Source of the DNA: Octopus vulgaris
Lineage: Eukaryota
Assembly (NCBI GenBank): GCA_951406725.2
Contig: OX597822.1
Coordinates: 38,378,001-38,442,000 of the forward strand
Direction of reading: 5' to 3'
Length of the DNA: 64,000 nucleotides
The number at the start of each line of letters is the position of its first letter. Position 1 is the stretch's first letter. Below are positions 37,209 through 64,000 of the stretch, piece after piece. The translations under genes were made by a program, and so were the position numbers. The notes beneath the pieces are model-generated. The model did not search any database. It had not been told where the DNA came from and saw only the letters and a program-made list of their open reading frames with translations.

Positions 37209-37733
37209 GCACATATATTCACACACATACTTGTGTATGTATATACATATATTGTGTATATAAATATATGTATACACATATATTAATGTGTATATAAATA
37301 TATATATATATATGATGCATGCACACACATGTATATGTGTATGTGTTTCAAAAAAACTCACGTGACATAACTATGATTAGTACTGATGACACGTGACTGG
37401 ACTGACCTAAATGTCAGGTCCCACTTAACCTTTTTTTTTTAACCACCGATCCACGTCCACCCACACGGTGCATGCGCGGGGATGGGGGTAAGCTCCCCCT
37501 CACCCCTCACAATGAAAATACTCAACTCACTCACAATGATGAGACTGCATGAAACATAGATATTTTTTTTTAAGTTAGTACACACGCACACACCTTTATC
37601 AATTCCAAACAAACATGTAATATATATATATATATACATACACACACACACACATGTATATTTAGCATGTGCATTCCAATGAGCACTTGTCCATTTTTCC
37701 ACAGATTCTTTGTATATATGCATCAATGTGTGA

Positions 37734-37776
<43 letters not shown>

Positions 37777-37941
37777 CACACACACATACACATGCATATA
37801 CATACATGTGTCGAGCGTGTTTGTGCATTTATGCATACATATATGTGTATGTGTATGTATGTGTGTTTATAAATATATATATATTTGTGTAACAATGGGT
37901 TTGTGCATGTATTTGCATACATGTATGTGTGTGTTCATGTC

Positions 37942-37974
<33 letters not shown>

Positions 37975-38104
37975 ATAAATGCATTTGCACATATATGTAT
38001 ATACTTATGTGTGAATGCATTAGTGCATTTACGTATGTGTACATGGGTATATATATATATATATATATATATACATACACACACACACACATATATATAC
38101 ATAT

Positions 38105-38139
<35 letters not shown>

Positions 38140-38953
38140 CATACAAATGCAAATGAGTGTATGCATGAATGTGTAAAATACATACATACACATATATACT
38201 CTCTCACAAATGCATACACATATTTGAAAGAATTTTCCCTAGGACTTTCCATGCAAGAGAACATCATCAATATTGTCAGCAGCCACAGGTATCTCTGTAC
38301 ATAGATCTATCTAGCTCCTTCCTCGATGGAGCCTGGATATTTGATGCAAAACACAAGAGTCCCTTGGATTTTCCACACACACTCACACGCATGTGTGTGT
38401 GCTTGTATGTGTGTATGTGCATCTGTTTCTAAGTGTGTATGTGTGTGCTTTCAATGAACACAGCTGTATGTTTCTGGATACATAACACTGAAGTTAACAT
38501 TAAGGCGTCACAGCAATTAGGTACATACGTACCGGTGTGTGCACGTGTGTATGTGAATGTGTATACGAGTATGTCTGAATACAAGAGGTGTATGTGTTTA
38601 TATATGCATGCGTGTGTTTTGAAGTAGGTGTGAGTGAGTGAGTGAATGCAAGATTTGATTTCAAGTCTCGCTGCATTCATAAAACTTTTATACAGCTGTG
38701 GTGTGTTTGTCGACAGGACAAGGAACACAGTTTTCTTGTCTTTCTGAACCTGGTACCTCTCCAAATGAATATTTCTAATGCGATTTGTCCTGTCTTACGT
38801 CTTTTCTTCATTTCAATCTGTTTTTGTCTCTTCATTTTGGCAACACAAAAAAAAAAAACAAAACACCAATGTTTATAAGATAGGGAGGAAGAGAGAGAAA
38901 AGGGGAGGGTCACACGGACACACAGACACATGCTCAGACATACATGTACATAT

Positions 38954-38994
<41 letters not shown>

Positions 38995-39691
38995 GAAACT
39001 GACACAGATTTGTAAACGTGTGTGCACACAACACCTCACATGAACAGGTATATGTCTGTTTGCGTGTATGTGCTTATATATATATGTTGTGTGTGTCAAT
39101 ACATACATGTTTGTATGTGTGCGCATATATCTGTGTGTGTGTGTGTGTGTGTGTGAGTGTGTGTTTTGGAGAAGATGGCAAGCATTAATTCTGCTCAGAG
39201 GATAAGATTGAGTCCTGGTCCACATTAAAAAAACGTTACACAAGAGAGAGAGAGAGAGGGAGAGAGAGTATGTGTGTGTGTATACAACAATGAAATGTTG
39301 TTGTTGTTGTCATCAATTAAAAATGGTCTCAAAAAACAGAAACAAACAAAGATTTTGTTGAAAAGAAATGAAAGCAAGAATGTTTGCCTCTCTTTCTTTT
39401 TTTCCTTCTTTTCTTTCAGTATCTGAGATGATTGCTTAGTGTGTGCGTGTGTCTATGAGTACACACACATGCACATATATGTGTGTGTGTATAATATATA
39501 TATATATATATAAATATGCACAAACATACATACATATATATATATACATATACACAAACATATATAGTATATATATATAGATGTGTGTGAATTATATATA
39601 TCTGTATATATATATGTGTCAGTGTTTGTATGTGTATATATAGTCATATATATATATATATGTGTATCTATGTATGAACTGTGTTTGTCAA

Positions 39692-54248
<14,557 letters not shown>

Positions 54249-57200
54249 CTGAAAAGAGACAAAATACATAAAGCACCAACATTAATCTCAATATAACTAA
54301 TAGTTTATTAATGTCTAACATCTGGATCATTATTATTACTATTATTATTATTATTATTATTATAATTGCCTTTCATCCTTTCGGGGTTGATTAAATAAGG
54401 ACTAGTTATGCACTGGAGTCAATGTAATCGACTTAATCCCTTTGTCTGTCCTTGTTTGTCCCCTCTATGTTTAGCTCCCTGTGGGCAATAAAGAAACAAA
54501 TTATTATTATTATTATTATTATTAAGGTGGCAAGCTGGTGGAATCGTTAGCATGCTGAGCAAAATGCTTAGCAGTATTTTGTTTGTCTTCACATTCTGAG
54601 TTCAAATTCTGATGTGGTCGACTTTGCCTTTCATCCTTTTGGGGTCGATAAAATAAGTACCAGTTGAACACTGGGGTTGATGTAATTGACTTACCCCCTC
54701 CCCCAAACCTGCTGGCCTTGTGCCAAAATTTGAAACCATCATGATTATTATTATTGTTGTTGTTGTTATTATTGTTGTTGTTATGAAGGTGACAAGCTGG
54801 CAGAATTGTTAGCACACTGGGCGAAATGCTTAGCAGTATTTCATCTGTCTTTACGTTCTGAGTTCAAATTCCACCGAGGTTGACTTTGCCTTTCATCCTC
54901 CTAGGAGGTTGATAAATTAAGTACCAGTTGAGAACTAGGGTTGATGTAATTGACTTAACCTCTCACCTCATAATTTAGGGCCTTGGCCTTTAGTAGAATG
55001 ATTATTATTATTATTATCATCATCATCATCATCAGGGTAGTGGGTCTACGGTGTCATTAAAGAATTGGACAAAACACTTTGTGTTATTCTGGTTCATTAT
55101 ATTATGGGGTTTACTCATTACTCAGTAGGGAGCACAGGGCCAGTTTCCAGGTTTCTCTTGTGTATATAATCTCCCCTAGACAGGATATTGGTCTGTTGCA
55201 AGATCAATCATTTTATCAGCTAAGTGGACTGGAGCAACATGAAATGAAGTGTTTTGCTCAAGAATACACTGCATAGCCCAGTCCAGGAATTGAAATCACA
55301 ATCTTACAATCATGAGTCCAACACCCTAACCACTAAGCCATGTGTGCTTCCACAGTCATGTAGTGGAATTAATCTAACTGATTGTTTTCTTCTCCCAAGT
55401 TTTAAGCCCTGTGCAATATGTTAAGAAACAATTATTATTATTATTATTATTATTTGTAAGGCAGTGAAGCTGGAAGAATCATCAGGAGAACGTAAATGGC
55501 CAGAAGCAGTACAAAATTCAGAAAACAGCACAGCTCCCATGATTTTCAGAAAGATTTTTTCACACTCAGAGTTGCTGAAGCATGGAACAAACTATCTGCA
55601 TCAGTTGTTAGTTGCCTTTAAAACCTCCATGCTTCCTGAAATTTGCCAGCACTACACCTGATATCCCCCACCTTTATACACATATATCATGACTCATACA
55701 CTGTTCACTTTTCTGACTTTTGTACATAATTCTATGTACTATACATGCACCTTTGATGAGTTGTACACCTGAGCATTATACACAATAATTTCATTATTAC
55801 TATTGAATGGGAGAGCAGTGCATGCCATCAGAGTGACACTGGGGTGAAATATACGAAGCCCAGTATACCCATCATAACTACCCCTCTGATAAGGGTACAC
55901 CAGGCACATGCATTGCAACCATATGTGCACTACACAGTGATCTTATATCAAGATAAACAGCACATGACCTTGCAGGTGGTGCTCAATTAGAATTTTCTTC
56001 AGGTCAAGTACCCCATCCTGCTCAAAAGGTTCCTGAATAAGGGTTGTTTAAGGATGTTCAACGAAACATCCATGTTTCCAGAAGTGAATTACCCAAATCC
56101 CCCAAAATTCCTCTCAACACATGGCTATGATGCTCCCCAACTATTTCTGCTTGTGATCAGAGATGCACATATCATCAATCACCAAGGGACATACTCAACT
56201 GGTTAAGGTCAAACAACTGACAAGCAAATCTGTGGTATTGAGCAGAATATTTGCTGTAGCCCATCTTTTATACCATGACAAAACAATGTACATGATAACA
56301 TTTCCAATCAGTTAAGATCAGAAGCCATGAGAGCCACTGCCTGGTACTGCTTCAGGGCATTATTATTATTATTATTAACAAAATGTTTTCTGGCTCTTTA
56401 TATTCTGAGTTCAAATACTGCTAAGGTTGGTTTTGCCTTTCATTCTTTTGGAGTTGATAAAATAAAGTACCAGTTTAATACTGGGGGAAATGTAATTGAT
56501 TTCTCCTTCCCTTTAAAACTGTTGGCCTTGAAGCAATTATCATCATCATCACTATCAGAAAGTATGGTGAAAGACAGGATCAGTGGAGATCAAGCAAAAT
56601 ACCTTGTGGTATTTAGTTATGCCCCTTTATGCTTTGAATTTAAATCCCACCAGGGTTGACATTTTCTTTTATGTTCCCGGGTTCAATAAAATAAAATACC
56701 AGTTAAATATTGGGAGCTGATATAATCAGATATCCTCCCTCTCTCCTTTGATAGCGAGCATTGTACAAAGTACAGTTATGTTGTTTTGATGTTATATGTG
56801 TGTGTGTGTGTGTGTGTGTGTTGAAGTTTCTCTGAATGTTCACAGTAAATATGATGCATGAATGGTTCCATCCCTGAATTAAATAAAACTATTCACCAAT
56901 ACATTTATGGATTTGTTTTGTAAGATTCCTGATGTGAAATTGTGTGTTGAAACAGATATTGTTACATTTCAGGATGGTAATTTCCCTCCTGCTTCACCTT
57001 TTTTTTCTAAACAAATACACGCATTATATATTTGTTCTTCACTTTAGCTTTATCATTGTTCCTATTTCAGTGTCCTTTGTCTGAAATCATTTGTCATGCA
57101 TCCTGTGACCTCTTCAGCAACTCTCCATCCCATGTGTGTGTTTATTTGGCAAAAAAAAAAAAAAAACCCCCAACAAAAATGGCCATCTCGAAATATAACA

Positions 57201-59103
57201 ATAGTCATTAATAATAATTATAATTCTTTCTACTATAGGCACAAGGCCTGGAATTTTGTTAGGTGGGGACTAATAGATTATATTGACCTCAGGGCTCAAC
57301 ATGTACTTATTTCATCAACTCTGAAAAGGTGAAAGGAAAAGTTGACCTTAGAATTTTAACCAAGAACATAAACCTGGAAGAAAAGCTGCTAAGAAAAAAA
57401 TTTCTTCTCGCAACCCATTAGCATTCAAACTGGCCATATTCAGCCAAAATATTCTATCTCCTTTATATTCAAACCAGCCAAATTTATCCTCTGACACCTA
57501 TTCTACAGTTTCATTCCTAAAGTAAAGAGTCACATCATGGAAAACTCACAGCTGATTTTTTCACGATGTGAATAAATATTTATTCTCATTTATTTAATGT
57601 GAAGGAAAAAGGGTTAAATGATAATAATAATAATAATTTCTGAAATTTGGGGGAGGAGACCAGTTGATTATATTGACATCGTTCAATCACATTGTTCAAT
57701 CATATCGTTGAAAAATCTCGAAGCTGCAAGATGATGCATGATTAATTCAAAACAAGGCGAATAAATAAGCATTACATTTGACAGAGTAATCTGAATGCTT
57801 GAGGATGAAGTACCAAGACTAAGAGAGAGTGGGAGTACAAAAATTCTCCAGGAAACAGCTGTGTTTCTTAAAAATTACACAGGAGTACTAAGTTTCTTAG
57901 ATGTTGTATATGAAGAATTCTGATAATAGATTCTGGTTATGCCAACATTTCTTGACCAACATGTCCAAACTAAAAGAAGCTGTTTTAACTTGGGAGGACA
58001 ACTGAAATGAAAACTGAACTATAACAGACTTGAAATGTTTTTTTTCATTTTATTTAGAATACATTCCATTGTGTACAAAAAAATGTTTACTGTTTCTTTT
58101 AAATATTTTGGTTGTTAAAACTAAGGTGGGGTTTAGTAGAAAGAAATGTTGGGAGGAAGAATGTGACAATAACAGCTGTAAACAAGACAGATCAGACTGT
58201 TGTTTAATGTCTATTGTGTTAATGGTTGAATTATAAACAAAGCATTCTTCAGACAACACTACAGAGGGAGAGAGAAAGAGTTATTCATTTTTTTGCTGTT
58301 TAGATTTACAGAGTGGTGCCACAGCTGAATAATAAATGGCTCCAATATCTACCCTGTTAACACTGTGAGGCATACTTGAACTTGGAACCATGAGGAATTA
58401 AACTAATACTCTCCTACAATTAGCTTGGTTAACAAGCATCACTTCTCAAAGATGAGAATAATAATAACAATAATAATAATAATTAATAATAATATATATA
58501 ATAAACGTGAACTTCCAACCTGTTGTCTCTTGAGGTCTCTGGGTGAGACTTGGAGCCAACTTGTACAAATATAAAGCAAAAGTCAAACATAGAATAATAA
58601 TAATAATAACAACAATAATAATAATGATTTCAAATTTTTTCCACAAGGGCAGCTTGAGGGAGGGGATTAAGTCAATTACATCGAGCCCCCCCCCCCCCCA
58701 GTGTTTCACTGGTACTTAATTTATTGACCTCGAAAGGATGAAAGTTGACTCAGCAGAATTTGAACTCAGAATGTAGTGATGGGCGAAACACCACTAAGCA
58801 TTCTGTCCAACGTGCTAATGATTCTGCCAGCTCGCTGCCTAATGACAATAAAAGTAACAACAATAATAAGGATTCTTAACATGTGCTCAAGGCTCTGAAT
58901 TTGGGTGAGGAGGTTAGTCATGTGTATTGATTCCAATACTTGACTGGTACTTTAATCTGGACCGCCCCAGAAAAATGAAAGCAAAGTTGGCCTTTGTGTG
59001 ATTTGAACTTATAACATAAAGGGGCATAGCTAAATACTCTAAATTAATTAAGTCTGTATTGCTACAGTAGCTGTCAGTTAATTAATCATAACAATAATGA
59101 GTT

Positions 59104-59148
<45 letters not shown>

Positions 59149-62056
59149 TAATAGAAAAAAACAAAGAACAAAAACAAACAAAATGAAAATTCCTTAAAGA
59201 CCGGAATTGTAAGTAACAACAATAATAATAATTTGGCCTACCTATATATAGGTTGATATATATAAATTATATACAGCTGTAGCTGGTGAGTGTATATGAG
59301 TGTATATATAGTTGAAGTAGATGTTGAGATAGTAGAGTCTAATGTTAGAGGTTACCATTAACGTCAAGAGAGGACCGATAGGGAATCTCGAAAGATATAT
59401 TTACAACTGATTGTGAAGGGCTACAGAAGCTGAGGTGGGTGAGGTTTTAAAGTGGTCACGAGGGGTTGATGTTAAGATATTCCATATAAAGTAAAGAAAA
59501 AAGGTTCGGACAATTAAAATTTTTTTTTTTATATTTTAATGAGAGGAAAGGGTAGGAGTTGGGGGGTGGGGGTGGCGGGGAAACGTTTTGCTATTTCCGG
59601 TCGGGAATATCTGAGGAATGTCCCTCCACCACCACCACCACCACCACACACATAAACACAAAGAAATATGCACACACACACACACACACACATACACACC
59701 AATATATATAGAGGAGGAGAAAGAGAAAGAAGGAGCGAAAGATATATTCGCAGACATACAGACTATCACAAAAACACAGTGTGGTTTATTCATTCATTCA
59801 GTATTTCCGTGTGATGTAATTATAGTAGGAAAGACGAGGGGAGTAAAATGTATTAACGAAGTGGTGTGTGAAGTGGTGGTGGAGGAGAATATTCTAGTAG
59901 TTGTAGGATGTAGAGCAGTTCCTGTTCTGTGTGCTATGCTGTTGTTAATGACCTCAGCATTGTGTAGTAGTTGCTATTGAGAAACGTAACAAAGTGGGAG
60001 TGATGGTCACTTCTGGTGGTAATAGCAGTTGGAAATGCTGCTGTAGTAGGTATCTAGCACCAGGCCAGCTCTGATCCAGCAGATGTGAAACTTTCCAGCC
60101 ATGACTGTTCCATCGTATATTCAGACAGTGCGTATCCAGAACAAAAAGCTTATTTGCATCTCTTCTGGTTCTTAACATTTTTTTTTACCGTTTACTGTTT
60201 TACCTTTCATTTGTTTTTGTCATTAGACTGTGGCCATACTGGGGCATCACATTGAAGAGTTTTTAGTTGGATGAATTAACCCCTGTACTTTTATTTTTAT
60301 TATAAGCCTGGTACTTGTTCTGTTGGTCTCTTTTGCTGAACTGCTAAGTTACAGGGATGTAAACACACTAACACCAGTTGTCACGTGGTGGTGTGTATGT
60401 ATATATATATATACATAATGGGCTTCTTTCAATTTCCATCTACCAAATCCACTCATAACGCTTTGGTTGGCCCTAGGCTATGGTAGAAGAAACTTCCCCA
60501 AGGTGCAACACAGTGAGATTGAACTCAGAATCATGTGGTTGAGAAGCAAGCTACTTACCACTCTGCCACGCCTGCATCTGAGTTCAAATCCCATGATGTC
60601 AGCTTTGCCTTTTATCCCTATGAATAGGGTCAATAGAATAAAGTATGGAGGCAATGTAATCAACTTGTCCCCTTCCCTCAAAACTGCTTCCCTTGAACTC
60701 TACAATGGATGGGTATCCTGTTCAGGAGAAATATTGTGATTTTGGTCACTTATATGCCACAGAAACTGGGTCACTGACCTTAAGAGTGTTAGGGCTCAAG
60801 GCGTTTAAGGCTCAAGAATAAAAAAACAAAAAAGGGAAAAACCTAGAATAACTCTATTCCATGAGTTGCTTCCTTTTATAAGATAGTATTATGTGATTTG
60901 AGGAGATTTGGCTGCTATTTATAGCAGGTTGAGTGGTTCCCTCATTGGCTAGTTATTATCAATGCTGCTGTTGACCGACTACTGGTCAGTCCCTTTTGGG
61001 CTGACCTATAACAGAGAGATGCTGTATGCTCATCATGTAGAGTAGTATCTGATTCCAAACATTACCTGATACACATCATGGCATTATTATTTAATGCCAG
61101 GTCAGGCGGTGAGCTGGCAGAATCATTAACATGCCAGGAAAGATGCTTAGGGTTATTTTGTCTGTCTTTACGTTCTGAGTTCAAATCCCGCCAAGGCTGA
61201 CTTTGCCTTTCATCCTTTTGGGGTTGATAAATTAAGTGCCAGTTGCATACTAGAGTTGATCTAATCAACTGCCCCTCCCCCAAAGTTTTAGGCCTTGTTG
61301 CTAGAGTAGAAAAGAAAAGATAAGTATTTAACGCCAGGTCAGGCGCTGAGCTGGCAGAATCGTTAGCATGCTGGGCCATATATTCAGTGGCATTTTGGTT
61401 GTCTTTATATTCTGAGTTCAAACTTCAGCTAGGTTGACTTCATTTTTCATCCTTTCAGGGGTCGATCTTATAAGTACCAGCTGAGCACTGGGGTTGATAT
61501 AATCGACTTACACCTCCCCTAAATTGCTGGCCTTGTGCCAAAATTTGAAATCATCATTTAATGACAGGTAAAGGTAGGGAGCTGATGGAATTGGTATCAT
61601 CCTGTATAAAATGCTTAGCAGTATATCTTTTGGCTCCTTACAGTCTGAGTTCAAATTCCAATGAGGTCCTTTTGGGATCAATAATATAAATACCAGTCAG
61701 CCACTGGTGATGGGGGTGAGGGTTGATGTAATTGATATCTCCCCTCTCAGAATAGCTGGCTTTGTGACAAAATTAGGAAAAGTTATTTAACCCCAGGTTA
61801 GGATTGATGGTGTAGAATTATGGCCAAACAGTAGTCTGGCAAAATGAAATCAGTGTAGTAGGTTTGAACTCATGACCTATGAATAAACAGTCTAATGTTT
61901 TAAATACTAGGACATGTTGTGTGGGGGTGTAGTGTAATTATGTGGACATGTTGTGTGGGTTGTAGCGTGGGAGTGTAATGTAGTAAGGAAAATATGTGCA
62001 ATGTGGAGATGTTGCCCAGTAGTGTAGTTTCATAATCTGGATATGCTGTTTGGGGT

Positions 62057-62100
<44 letters not shown>

Positions 62101-62630
62101 AGTGGTTAGAGTATTTGGCTCATGATCATAAGGTCCTGAGTTCAATATTGTCTCCTTGAGCAAGAAACTTTATTTCGCGTTGCTCCAGTCCATTCAACTG
62201 GGAAAAAGCGAGTAGTACCTGTAATTCAAAGGACTAGCCACGTCTTATTCTGTGTCATGCTGAATCTCCCTAAGTACAATGTTAAGGGTATGCATATCTG
62301 TGGAGTACTCAGCCACCTGCACATTAATTTCACGAGTAGGCTGTTCTGTTGATCAGACCAACTGGAATCCCTGTCATTGTATCCGACGGAGTGCCAGTCT
62401 TTTTGCTTTGTGCATGTGTGTACATGATCAGTATTTAAGTCATTAATATGTAATGATAGAATATTTACAGGTGAAGTTAATCAGTTCCAGAAGCAACTGT
62501 AACTGGATAATTAATAATGATCAATTAACTGTTGTTGCCGCTTATCCTTAGATCAGCTGAGATCCAATAGATATATAATCAAAGCCATTCATTTCTGAAA
62601 CATTAGCTTTATTTAAAGATGGTAAAGTAT

Positions 62631-63035
62631 AGGCATAGGAGTGGCTGTGTGGTAAGTAACTTGCTTACAAATTCCAGGTTCAGTCCCACTGCGTGGCACC
62701 TTGGGCAAGTGTCTTCTACTATGGCCTTGGGCCGACCAAAGCCTTGTGAGTGGATTTGGTAGACGGAAACTGAAAGAAGCTCGTCGTATATATGTATATA
62801 TATATTTGTGTGTGTATATGTTTGTGTTTCTGTGTTTGTCCCCCTAACATTGCTTGACAACTGATGCTGGTGTGTTTATGTCCCTGTAACTTAGCAGTTC
62901 GGCAAAAGAGACTGATAGAATAAGTACTAGGCTTACAAAGAATAAGTCCTGGGGCCGATTTGCTCAACTAAAGGCGGTGCTCCAGCATGGCCACAGTCAA
63001 ATGACTGAAACAAGTAAAAGAGTAAAAGAGAGTAA
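62631..63035 (+). mobile_element. tRNA-derived SINE family A, near full length
   Basis: Same head, body and tail as 4307-4990. Confidence 0.85.
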
Positions 63036-63112
63036 AAGCGTGTATATATATATATGCTGGATAATGTTGGGGGTGTTTCACACTGCAGTGTACACATAAT
63101 ACATCTAACCTA

Positions 63113-63864
63113 CTGTATTTGATAGCCTATAAGACACACCTTTTTTTCCCCCAAAATGGCTTAAAAAATCCCTGTGTCTAATGCACTCAATGTAGGCTGA
63201 AAACTCAATTGCTGTTTGTACATATTATACATTACTGATGATGGCTTGGTCTTTTTATTATTTTTTCCTTAAATCTGGAGATAAGAGTTTTTATAGAACA
63301 TTCAATTTTTTCCCATATAATACTGTTTTTTTTTTATCATATATTTTATAACAAATTGTCCTGTGGTATAATTATCAGATTTGTTAGTTCGCAAGACACA
63401 AACAGCAACTAATGTTTACCATATTTTTGGAATATACCGTAAACTACAGTATCATTTATTATTATTGACACTACTGAAAGTGCTTGTAACTAACACTAAA
63501 TAATTTACATAAAGATAATGGAAAATACCAGCATTTCTAATACTATATTCTACAAGAAAGAACAACATGGTAACATCAGAGGGGGTAGGGGAGGGTTCAT
63601 GGATAGCAGGGCATTACTAATTGCCTATGGTATGTATGTTTACAAAATGTGTGCTGCCATCTATTGGTGAACAATCGCCTATGGTATGTTTATATTGAAT
63701 GTGGATACAATAAATTGTTTATAATTACCGGTAATATCATTAAGTAATACAGGTAAGTGGAGAAATTAAAACATTTATTTTAGTGGTAATTTATTTTACA
63801 AAAGTATAGCCTAGGCTAGGGTGCGTCCTATGCACTTGTGCGTCTTACAGGCCATCAAATATGG
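63113..63864. mobile_element. Non-autonomous Tc1/pogo-type element
   Basis: TA-CTGTATTTGATAGCCTATAAGACACAC at the left is inverted to GTGCGTCTTACAGGCCATCAAATATGG-TA at the right. Confidence 0.7.
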
Positions 63865-64000
63865 TATATAGTAAATATATAAACAGGGCTAATTAGGCTA
63901 TTTCTTTGTAGATTGAAAATAATAACGAACAGCCTTAATTGATTTTCAAACCTTACTGGATTCTCATCAGAGGTGTCTGCATTAAGTTAACCAATCCCAG

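Noticed and set aside
59241-59900. Possible alternative first exon of the MRL gene (AG/GTAGGC donor near 59240)
   Set aside because: The nearest ATG frame ends in TAG at the junction and there is no promoter evidence; needs transcript data.

Overview
AT-rich, microsatellite- and SINE-dense animal genomic DNA; the repeat landscape resembles an octopus (coleoid cephalopod) genome, which is an inference from sequence style only. Two protein-coding genes are partly visible, both on the minus strand. The first is the 3' seven exons (54248 to 39692, about 1074 codons, all GT-AG and phase-compatible) of an MRL-family adaptor (lamellipodin/RAPH1, RIAM, Pico, MIG-10) with RA and PH domains and a 2.5-kb proline-rich last exon. 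The second is a secreted animal heme peroxidase: one clear exon at 932-1098 and weaker upstream candidates; the gene continues off the left edge. The rest is mobile DNA: RTE, R4/Dong-like and CR1/L2-group LINE relics, several tRNA-derived SINE families, Tc1/mariner, hAT, piggyBac-like and Helitron non-autonomous elements, a 16 x 65-bp minisatellite and an orphan 28S rRNA fragment. The most interesting signal is a set of hammerhead-ribozyme (HHR) motifs tied to Penelope-like elements. These include a tRNA-headed, HHR-tailed short element present twice as a head-to-head palindrome, a candidate Penelope-mobilised SINE. All structures were read by eye; nothing was computed or searched.
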